64,000 nucleotides of DNA, from NCBI GenBank assembly GCA_010015585.1, contig ML975165.1; one strand, 5' to 3'. Made by a program: the position numbers and the translations under genes. This stretch comes from Eremomyces bilateralis CBS 781.70 (lineage: Eukaryota). Positions 37,297 to 46,590 of this stretch are shown in pieces. Within the stretch, counting starts at the first letter, position 1. Each line of letters opens with the position of its first letter. Under the pieces are notes generated by a model. The model saw nothing but the letters and a program-made list of their open reading frames with translations, was not told where the DNA came from and ran no database searches.

Positions 37297-37641
37297 CTTC
37301 GGACTCGACCAGGCGTTGCTCGCGGATTCAAAGAGTACCTCGTCTTCAACAAGCGTCAAGCAGTAAGAGAATGGACTTTACGGGTGTTTGTCACTAGGAA
37401 TTCGGTAAATAAGGACGTGAACAATTCAATCGCAAGAAAACAAAGGATTCATTGACTCGGAGTTTAGAGGAGAGCAGAGAACCCTCTAAAGTTGGTCTGA
37501 GCTTCTAAACTTTTCCCAGGCGGCCAGGCCCAGGGTTCCGACCTTCGCCATTTCTGCAATTCAGCGCTCAACCATGATCTAGCCCGTTCACGCGACAAAC
37601 CTCTTCTAATCCGGCGACATCGAGGGGATTATGATGCTGCA

Positions 37642-38180
37642 ATGTCCGTCAATTCCTTGAGACCCAATGGTGGTCTCTTTGTTCGGCAATCGAAACCGTG
37701 GACCACCCAGATTCGTCATGCGACGTTGATCCGACGACCCAAACGCCCCTACACCTTCACCCAGCTCGTCACCCTCTCGGACGGCAGCACCTTCTTACAT
37801 CGCACGACATCTCCTACGCCGGTATACCGCTCGACCAAGGATGCGAAGAACTCGCCGTTGTGGAATCCTTCCAGTCAGAAACTCCTGAGCGTAGAAGAGG
37901 ATGAAGCCGGACGGTTGGCGGCATTCCGCGCACGATTCGGACGAGGATGGGATGCAGAGGGTACCATCAGTAAAGATGAGGTTCGGATCACGGAAATTTC
38001 TTGATGAGGCTCATGCTAACGATGTGAAAGGCTACAAAAGCTACCGACGCGAAGGAGCAACCTGAGTCCTCCGAAGACAGCCTGCTCGATCTCATGAGGA
38101 GCTTTAGCACTCAACAGCCATCGGGAAAGGCATCAGATGAGACCCCTACTACAAAAGCTGAAAAGGAGGGGAAAAAGTAG
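37642..38180 (+). CDS. MRPL36: Mitochondrial large ribosomal subunit protein bL31m (YmL36)
   Basis: RHATLIRRPKRPYTFTQLVTLSDGSTFLHRTTSP..STKD.KNSPLWNPS..DEAGRLAAFRARFG. Intron 37981-38030. Confidence 0.85.
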
Positions 38181-38718
38181 GCTTTGAAGTAAAGGCTAGT
38201 TGAGGACAGTTGAGGGCAGTGTATTGCATGACCACGATGCTTTTCCTTTCTTGTGAGACGGCACTCTGGCTAGCCGCTTTTGCGAATGAAGACGATGTCC
38301 TTATACGCTGCTCATAGGGTGTTTGCTATCAGAAAGTGCAAAACTGGCGAGGGAGCGCCTTAAGAGAGTGGATATGGTCTTGCCTTGGATTGCGGAGAAC
38401 TTGATGTTGCAGCATACGCAGCGATTGATCCCAATCTACGCACCAGAGTCTACCTGTACGCATGTAAATGTATTGTACAATATTAACGAAAATAGAGAGA
38501 AAATGTCTTGATATCATGTCGTGCTAGGTACGGGGAGTCTACCTACGTTTGATAAGATCCATTGCCCAGGGTCTATATTCGCGACAAGGGAGATGCGATC
38601 AAATACTATAAATGTGTGCCTGTCAAGTTCCACCATGAACAGTAAGCATTGAGCATAGAAGAAGTAGAAGGTAGTACATGTAGAACCCGAAATTCCATCG
38701 CCGTGATGGAGATAGGTA

Positions 38719-40624
38719 TCCGTGCCCCATGGCCGCCCCACAACCTCTGGTTGTGGGTGCTCCCACACCAAAAGTAAAACCCACGCCAAAAGTACAATTT
38801 TACCATCATCTTCAAATCTATACCACCAAACATGCCTAAACGCGTCAAATATCCAGAAGAGACTATACAGAAAGCACTCAAGAAGGCTACAGAGCAAAAA
38901 AAAGCAGGAAAATCGGTTAACGTTTCAGCGTTAGCGCGTGAATTCCAAATCAGCCAGTTCGTCCTTCGAGGTCGCCTTCAAGGGAAAACATCCTATTCCA
39001 ACCGTTCTCCGTTCGTACAAGCGACCAAACTCGATCAGCTACAAGAAAAGGCTCTCCTAGCTTGGATCCACCAGCTTGATGAGTGGGGAGCGCCTCCTAC
39101 GCCTACAGAAATCGAAGCGTGCGCCAACTCTATGCTCCGAAGAAACGCGCTCGATACAACCCAGCCACCACCCCACGTTAGCAAGAACTGGAAATACAAG
39201 TTTATTAAGCGCCATACCCTTCCGCTTATCGACCAAAAACCAGTTAAAGACGACCGCCTACGTGCTGAGGATCTTGGACATATACAGCATTGGTTTCAAC
39301 TCCTTCAGGAGCAGATTCAAGAACATGGAATCGAGGCCCGGAATATATATAATTTCGACGAAAGTGGCTTCCGCCTTGGTGAAGGGAAGCGCCAAAAAGT
39401 AGTCAGTTTCCGACCGGGGGCAAAACGAGGCAGTCCTAGTACGGAGTCAGGCGAATCGGTTACGGATATCGAGTGTATCGCTGCTGATGGTTTTGTTCTT
39501 CCACCCTACTTTATCCTAAAGGGCGAGAACCATCTTGAACGATGGTACGAAGGCCAGATTCCAGACGATTACTGTATCAATATCTCTAAGTCTGGGTGGT
39601 CAAACGACCTTATTGCCTTCGATTGGATCCAGCATTTCCATCGGTATACAAGACACCGGGCTGAGAAGGGGAAACGACTGCTCTTAATGGATAACCACGC
39701 TTCGCATCTTACCCATGAGTTCATTGAATTCTGCGAAAAAGTTGATATTATTCTTTTCCCATTTCCCCCGCATACGACCCATTTCCTTCAGCCGCTCGAT
39801 GGGAAGCCGTTTCTTGCGTTGAAACACTACTTCCGGCAGACAAATACGCATATCTCACGGTGGGGATTCGACGCAGCGGACAAGGCCTCATTCCTTACAG
39901 AAATGCCCCAAATCCGCCAAAACGCCTTCAAATCGCGTACGATTCGACACGCTTTTAAAGAGAGGGGTCTTTGGCCATGGGATCCTGAGCAGATTTTACC
40001 AACCCTTCGGCAACAGGTTGACCAAGAGGCAGAGGAGCTTCGGATATTTAATGGCACGCCACCAACGTCAAGTATTACGGCAACACCGAGTGCATCTCCA
40101 CCAAATACCATCCGTACGGTACGCCGGAGACAACAGAAGATCATAAATACGCCTGAGGCCCTACTTTCTAGTCGGAAATACCAACGTCGCGTTCGCCAAG
40201 CTACGGAGTCATTGATCAAGGCAGTCGAAGAGATCGAGGCGTATAAGGGGTCCGTTTCGGCCACACAACGCCAGCAAACCAAAAAGAGTCGCCGCCAGGT
40301 TAAAACAGGACTTAGCCAGACCGGATCATTATATGCTAGTGAGGCGAAGCGCTACGTTGAAGCGCGTGGTCAGAAGGAGCGGGAGGCGGCAATTAGGAAG
40401 GCACAGCGGGACTGGCGGCGGGAAAAACAACAGGAAAACCAGCAGGAACCATCTCCTGTACTCGATCAACCTACTAGTACGGAGGATCTCGGTTTTTTTA
40501 TCGATTTACATCCTGAGTTCTGATATATAGATGATGGTAGTAAAATTGTACTTTTGGCGTGGGTTTGACTTTTGGTGTGGGAGCACCCACAACCAGAGGT
40601 TGTGGGGCGGCCATGGGGCACGGA
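38719..40624 (+). mobile_element. Full-length pogo/Fot1-like Tc1-mariner DNA transposon (1,906 bp), TA target-site duplication
   Basis: TIRs 38719-38811 and 40529-40624 (first 57 bp perfect, one substitution, one 3-bp indel). TA at 38717-38718 and 40625-40626. Single transposase ORF. Confidence 0.97.
38832..40523 (+). CDS. DD35D transposase (HTH, CENP-B-type HTH, DDE_1)
   Basis: IYNFDESGF, LLLMDNHASH and PPHTTHFLQPLD, with 35 residues between the 2nd and 3rd Asp. No stops or frameshifts. Confidence 0.97.
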   Translation: MPKRVKYPEETIQKALKKATEQKKAGKSVNVSALAREFQISQFVLRGRLQGKTSYSNRSPFVQATKLDQLQEKALLAWIHQLDEWGAPPTPTEIEACANSMLRRNALDTTQPPPHVSKNWKYKFIKRHTLPLIDQKPVKDDRLRAEDLGHIQHWFQLLQEQIQEHGIEARNIYNFDESGFRLGEGKRQKVVSFRPGAKRGSPSTESGESVTDIECIAADGFVLPPYFILKGENHLERWYEGQIPDDYCINISKSGWSNDLIAFDWIQHFHRYTRHRAEKGKRLLLMDNHASHLTHEFIEFCEKVDIILFPFPPHTTHFLQPLDGKPFLALKHYFRQTNTHISRWGFDAADKASFLTEMPQIRQNAFKSRTIRHAFKERGLWPWDPEQILPTLRQQVDQEAEELRIFNGTPPTSSITATPSASPPNTIRTVRRRQQKIINTPEALLSSRKYQRRVRQATESLIKAVEEIEAYKGSVSATQRQQTKKSRRQVKTGLSQTGSLYASEAKRYVEARGQKEREAAIRKAQRDWRREKQQENQQEPSPVLDQPTSTEDLGFFIDLHPEF

Positions 40625-40907
40625 TACCCCTCGATATGCCCCCTGGGCCCCTGGCTTAATTCCCTCGACGGCTAAACCCCAGGTGATGTACCCCGTACTC
40701 TTTCTTCCAGAACACCAGAACCCTAGGCATCACCATTCCAATCCCACTTCCGCAATGCCGCAAATAATTCATTCCGAGTTGTATCTAGTTTTCAACGTTT
40801 CCCTAGCATAGGCTAAACTGTGTCTGATGGCAAACTTGCCATAGGCGCTGCAATGACACTGCAGAAGAACGGGAGTTCCTGACTTCCTGTGTTTGGCGCA
40901 CACCACC

Positions 40908-42520
40908 ATGAACCTCTCCACCACTACAATGTCGAACGATCTCCACGGACCACCGCGCAGCGTAGAATCGCTGGCCAAAGAGGCCGCAGATTTCGAATAT
41001 GAGCCTCTGGTGCCTTTAAGGTACTGGTTGCGGGCTGCGGATGCAATCAACAAGCAGGTATATCGAGAATGTCCCGAGCACATCCATGAGTTGCTAATGA
41101 AGCTGTCTCCAGGCGCATGCATACGAACGAGATGGAGATGACCAGGACGCCTACCTCCTCCTTCTTCGACACGCGATTCTCATTTTCGAAAAGCTACAGT
41201 TACATCCCGAAGCCAGACAGAATAGAGTATCCCTTACGCAGGCGAACAACGCCGTGAAATCCAACCTCGCACGGCTCGAGCACCTCAAGCCGAGAATCCG
41301 AGCGCGATATGAACGTCACCTTGAGCAGACCAAGAAACGGAATGATGAGAAGGAGCGCTGGCTGCATGAACATGGGCAGCCAAAGCGGTTATCCTCGGAA
41401 ATGGAACGCCCAAGATCCGGGTCGCGCAACCGGAAATTTGCAGTGGATGCGACGGAGCACCGAGATTTGGCTGTGAAGTTAGCTAGACATGAGTTTGGAT
41501 GGAAACGACCTCGTCGGAGCGTTGACCGGGTAGATGTGGATGATGATGTATCCCAGGATATCGCGGCGGTTGGAAAGCGGAGCCAACAGGCGTTTGCTCA
41601 CCGGAGCATTGGAAGAGAGGGAGAAACGGCACCATTCAAGGCGGCGCCGATGCCATATCCCTCCGTCCCGAAGGGCTCCTCAAACCCATTGGACTCTTTC
41701 TCCAACCTATCGCTCAACACGCCTCCTGTATTGCCTCGAAAGGAGTCCCTCCCACCCTCGCGACCTCGGAAGTTGATCCACGAAGATATTCGGGCTAGCC
41801 CGCCTCCCCTTCCTCAAAAAGTTACAGATACCCCTCCTGCCGCTCTTACTCCCCGATCGATGACTCCCGCGCCGGCATCGAAAGACTACACCTTCAAACC
41901 CTCCGCGTTCGCCGAGAACGGCACGCCCCTCCGAACAATCTTCATCTCTCCCGACCTCCGTCGCCGATTCCTCCAAATCGCCCAACAGAATACCCTCCGG
42001 AGCCTCGAAACCTGCGGAATCCTCTGCGGCAGACTCATCTCCAACGCGCTCTTCGTGTCGCACCTTGTGATACCTGAGCAGGAGGCCACGTCCGATACGT
42101 GTGAAATGGTCAACGAAGAAACTCTCGTGGAGTTCTGTGACGCGAACGACTTGATGACCCTCGGGTGGATCCACACGCACCCGACGCAGACGTGTTTCAT
42201 GAGCAGTCGAGATCTGCATACGCACGGAGGGTATCAGATACAGATGGCGGAGAGTATCGCGATCGTGTGCGCGCCGAGACATGACCCTTCGTGAGTACTC
42301 GTCTCAGACTAGGACCGAACCGCCATCGCTAACGTCTTGTAGATGGGGGATCTTTCGATTGACGGATCCGCCGGGGTTGAAGTCGATCCTGAATTGCACG
42401 CGTCCGGGCATCTTTCATCCACATGAGGAATCAAATATCTACACCGATGCGTCAAGACCGGGCCACGTTTGTGAGGCGAGCGGGTTGGAGTACGAGGTGG
42501 TCGACCTACGGCCAGGGTAG
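40908..42520 (+). CDS. AMSH/STAMBP-like JAMM deubiquitinase (MIT/USP8-dimer N-terminus, MPN+ domain)
   Basis: ETCGILCG, LGWIHTHPTQTCFMSSRDLHTH, ESIAIVCAP, GIFRLTDPPG, FHPH. Introns 41058-41112 and 42291-42342. Confidence 0.93.
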
Positions 42521-42637
42521 GCATTTCGTATAGCTGTAGAGAGCAGATATCACGGCTGGTTGCATATTCGGCATAGCGAAGGCGTTTGTTGATACATAGA
42601 TCTGATGATCAAATGAATTATTCCCCTCAATTAACCA

Positions 42638-45600
42638 CTACTTTGCCGACTCCGCAACCTTGCTCACCATATCACCCCCTAGCCTTGCGATCTCGCCCAG
42701 GATCGCTCTCTTGTTGATGAGCGCTGTGAACTTTCCGTCACCCCCTTCTTTTGGATCCTGGCCGGCTTCGATCGGCATCGTCGAATACCCAATCTTCACC
42801 TTCCACGGTCGCCGTTCTGCACTCGGGTTCCATAACCCAGCAATCTTGTTTCCTCCATCCGAATCCCAGAACAGAACCATGATGTCGCCATAGAGCCGCT
42901 CCAAATCTTGCACAAACCACTTGACCGGCTCAAATCCAGCCATCGCATCCTTCGCCTTCCCCCCCGCCAAATTCTTGAACCGCGCATTCTCTTCATGCGG
43001 ATTTCTCGCCCGGGCAATCGCCTTCGCGTCCAACTCCACCACAAAATCAAAATCCTCAACTCCGGAATCAAACAACGTCCCCAAACTCATCAATCCCTCC
43101 TCCCTCTCCCAACGCTTCACCTCCTCCACCGCCGCTCTCGCTAACGCCGTCATCCTCCCCGCAATCACCACCGGCGGCATCCCCCGCTCCGTCCACGCCG
43201 CCCCGTCCGTCTCAATACTACTAGCCACGCACAGCGCCACCCTCGTCATCCCGGGGTCAACTTTCCGCCACGCGCGCAGCCTCGTGACCACCTCCGCATA
43301 CTCGCTCTTACTCATCCCGCCCTCTCCCGCCCCCCCATTTTTCTCGATATTCGCCCTCCCAAAATCCACGCACCACGGCTCTCCGCGCCAATCCCACCTC
43401 GCAATCGCCGCGAGCGTGCGCAGGAAGGCAGCGGTCGGCGTGCCCGGGACGCCGAACGGCTCGGGATGCAGGAACACACGCAGGGCGAGCAGCTCGATGG
43501 TCTCGGGTGCAAAATGCGGGAGGAGGAGATGCGAGGCGAACCAGCGCTTCAGGAGGCGGATGGCGGGGCTAAGGGCCGGGAATCGGGTGGCGGCGGTGGC
43601 GAGGGCTTGGGTGTGGGCGGCGGGGCGGGGGAAGGTGGATTTGTAGGCGGAGAGGGCGAAGGCGGCTTCGTCGCGGGAAGCCGGGGTGGTGAGGTGGGGG
43701 GGTTGGGTGAGGGTGCGGTTGAGGAGGGCGGTTTCACGGTCGTGGTGGATGCGGAGGCGGAGGATGTGGTGGGAGGGGGTGGTGATGTCAAGGTAGGCTT
43801 GGTTTTCGATCGGGTGCATGCGGTTCTCAATGCCGACTTGGGCATGGTAGGAGGAAGAGTGCTCGGAGAGGAGGTCGGAGAGCTTGAGGAGGAAGGCAAC
43901 CTTCGTGTATTGAATTGCTTGGAGGGAATCCGGCCAGCGTCCAGAGCCTTCGAATTCTAGTGTCATGGTGGCAGGACTCGTGGTCGACGATGGAGGATGG
44001 ATGGAAGAGTAACGCAATTGAGGATCGGTTGCTTGGATATGACGGATCTGCAGTGGCAAACCGTCCATGGATCGCAGGTCATTCGTCAAAGTCGTGAATG
44101 CGGAGAGAAGCCCTTGGAAAGGGGCTGTCGGAGCGGTTACATCTTGCCCGCCTCCAGGCAGAAGCTTCCCCGTTTGGTCTCCCTCTAGATGACTTGCTTG
44201 CGCAACCGCTTCACCAAAATGTTGTTCAAGCAGGTACAGGACGATTTGTTCAAAGACAGAAACGCCCGGCTTCTGCTCCCACACCACGCTCTCCAGGATA
44301 CTGCCATCCTTGAACCGCCTGAGCTCAGCTTTGTTGCCCCAGAATTTCCGGAAAGCGTCTGCTTTCGCCTTTTCTTCGGCCGACGGGCCGTGCTCCACAA
44401 GCCTGAAGGCGTGCTGCGGATGGACGACGAACCCGATCTGGATCCTTGCCTTTTCATCCGAGCGTGGGTTTGCATCGCATTTCCAGACCTGGAATTCGGG
44501 GAGTTTGAAGGTGATCAGGCCAACGCGATCTGAAAGACCCTTGAGCAATGTCTTGTGCAATCGACTACATCGCTCTTCCAATGTCTCGAGGCTGCCCTTG
44601 ACTAGAAGGTCATGTTGAGGGACTGTAAGACGGAAGTCATACCGGAGGAACGAAGAATCGGCTCGTTGAATGAATGTAGACTCAAACTGGTCGAAAACCG
44701 TGTCCCCGAGTGCTGTCACGGATGACCTTGCAGCTTGCCTCAGCGATTCGTATGACCAGGACCGAACCTTATAAAGCAGATTGACTCCACTCTCGGCTTC
44801 AATAAACACAGGACAATCTCCCTGTGTCCAAGTGCCAAAGCTCTTCGGATTGTGAGAAACAAACGGCTGAGAGCGAAGGTCGTTGTTGGCCAGAAATTGT
44901 AATGTGGCTTTGAAGAGCTGGTAGCTGCTGAACCCAGGGGAGAGGACATTGCTGCGGTGTCGCAAAAGCGTCGCCATGGTCGAGGCCCATTCAAAATTGC
45001 CGAATCCACCATTAGCAATGCTTCCACCAAGTCCTCTTTGCCTCAGCCAAATTCGCCCAAATAGACAGGCGTCTTGAAATCCATCGCAGTGGTTTGAAGC
45101 ACCCTCAATAAGCTTCGATAGAACGAGCGGGCTAGCATCGGCGAGGAGCGAGGCATTATAAAAGGGGGTTGGCGGGAGCTTCTCGGGATTGGCATGCCCT
45201 TCTTCTCCTCGAGGTCGAACGCAGTTCTTGTGTGGCGCAATCTTCTCGCGAGGGAATTGATTCGGCTGGCAGCTCGGAATGATTTGAATGAAAGACTTCG
45301 TTTTTGCAAGCCCATCTTCGCTCCCACCTTTTGCAAACCGAATAGCGAGGATTGGATGCAAGCGGTTTCCATTGAGATAGCTGTAGGAGACGTCGAACTT
45401 GTGCGCCGAGGAGCTCAGCAGGGCCGATGCGATCTGCGCAAGATAGTAGGCACGCTTGTAGAAGTACCGGTAGTTCAAATAATCTTTCTCTTGAAACAGA
45501 GCTGATGGCATGCACACAACCAAGTCGACGCCTAGCTCTTCCCCAACCCTGTTAAACCTTTTGGTCTGGTAACTGCCGCTCACAGTAATGGACGAAGGCT

Positions 45601-46117
45601 TGAGATATTGCAGCTTGTAGTTCGCGTCTTTTGGGGGGCGCGGATCAGGAAAGGGTACAGCTGTCTTGTGCTGCTTCAGCAATGCTTTTTCCGCTTCCGA
45701 TACAGATCGTGGCTCAGTATCTGGAATCGTCTCGATGAATTTTCTCAGGGTCCTGACGACCTTGTCGATACTGGCTTCCCTGGGTCCAGCTCTGGGTCTG
45801 GCCTGGTCCAGGAGATCGTCGCATTGAAGCTTGAACAAGTTGGATTTGAAGATTGCCCCGGTGTACATTTCTCCCATCATAGTGTCATCCCTTTTTTCAG
45901 CACGGCGACGCCCGTTTGCCTTGGCCTTGGGACCATTCCTGTCATCAGCAGGGGCACTATCCGCGGAGTCACTTCCGGATTCAAGTTCTTCTTCTTCGTC
46001 CAACTCTTCATCCGAAAAGTCATTTTCAGGTTCTCTCACTCCGTTGGAAGAAGGAAGATCTGCATCCTTGGGTGTCGGATGGGATATCTTCCGGCGCTTC
46101 ACGGCTGCGGATGCCAT
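42638..46117 (-). CDS. UTP22: U3 snoRNA-associated protein Utp22 (Nrap family)
   Basis: Intronless. FKSNLFKLQ, LFQEKDYLNYRYFYKRAYYLA, FWGNKAELRRFKDGSILES, FEGSGRWPD, EIARLGGDMV. Likely start MASAAVKRRK at 46117. Confidence 0.95.
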   Translation of the reverse strand: MASAAVKRRKISHPTPKDADLPSSNGVREPENDFSDEELDEEEELESGSDSADSAPADDRNGPKAKANGRRRAEKRDDTMMGEMYTGAIFKSNLFKLQCDDLLDQARPRAGPREASIDKVVRTLRKFIETIPDTEPRSVSEAEKALLKQHKTAVPFPDPRPPKDANYKLQYLKPSSITVSGSYQTKRFNRVGEELGVDLVVCMPSALFQEKDYLNYRYFYKRAYYLAQIASALLSSSAHKFDVSYSYLNGNRLHPILAIRFAKGGSEDGLAKTKSFIQIIPSCQPNQFPREKIAPHKNCVRPRGEEGHANPEKLPPTPFYNASLLADASPLVLSKLIEGASNHCDGFQDACLFGRIWLRQRGLGGSIANGGFGNFEWASTMATLLRHRSNVLSPGFSSYQLFKATLQFLANNDLRSQPFVSHNPKSFGTWTQGDCPVFIEAESGVNLLYKVRSWSYESLRQAARSSVTALGDTVFDQFESTFIQRADSSFLRYDFRLTVPQHDLLVKGSLETLEERCSRLHKTLLKGLSDRVGLITFKLPEFQVWKCDANPRSDEKARIQIGFVVHPQHAFRLVEHGPSAEEKAKADAFRKFWGNKAELRRFKDGSILESVVWEQKPGVSVFEQIVLYLLEQHFGEAVAQASHLEGDQTGKLLPGGGQDVTAPTAPFQGLLSAFTTLTNDLRSMDGLPLQIRHIQATDPQLRYSSIHPPSSTTSPATMTLEFEGSGRWPDSLQAIQYTKVAFLLKLSDLLSEHSSSYHAQVGIENRMHPIENQAYLDITTPSHHILRLRIHHDRETALLNRTLTQPPHLTTPASRDEAAFALSAYKSTFPRPAAHTQALATAATRFPALSPAIRLLKRWFASHLLLPHFAPETIELLALRVFLHPEPFGVPGTPTAAFLRTLAAIARWDWRGEPWCVDFGRANIEKNGGAGEGGMSKSEYAEVVTRLRAWRKVDPGMTRVALCVASSIETDGAAWTERGMPPVVIAGRMTALARAAVEEVKRWEREEGLMSLGTLFDSGVEDFDFVVELDAKAIARARNPHEENARFKNLAGGKAKDAMAGFEPVKWFVQDLERLYGDIMVLFWDSDGGNKIAGLWNPSAERRPWKVKIGYSTMPIEAGQDPKEGGDGKFTALINKRAILGEIARLGGDMVSKVAESAK

Positions 46118-46590
46118 GTCGACGTTTGATGAAGTCCAACAGATTATAGCTAATACCGGTCCCCCAGGGTAAGTAGTGAATGATTTCGTAGCCGTAAGGT
46201 CGCAATAATAGCGCTGTTGAAGTTGGACAATGAAGTCTTCGTCCTCAAGTCGCGTGTATGAAATTTTCCCCAATCCAAAATCCAGGGTCCAGTGACAGGG
46301 ATGGGTGCAGAAGCTTAGCGGGGGGTTGGCGGGCCTAGTCTGGCGTGTCTGGTAGTCCCTAACTATTGTATGACGCAAACTTCCGACGTCGGGGTTTGCA
46401 CCGGCGAATGTGACGGTGACGCTACGAACGAACAACACTACAACTCTGCAACCCCCACGGTGTTTCCAACAATTTCTAGTAAGCACTGCAGATCATCTTC
46501 TCCGCATCTGTAATTAATATCCATCTCTTCTATATATCTTGATCGTCTTGTAACGTCAGCGCTTGGTGAGACGCGATCACACCAAGATAC

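Noticed and set aside
46118..46486. 123-aa N-terminal extension of UTP22 in the ORF track
   Set aside because: Starts at a non-ATG codon in the shared UTP22/STR2 promoter and looks non-coding; MASAAVKRRK is the plausible start.
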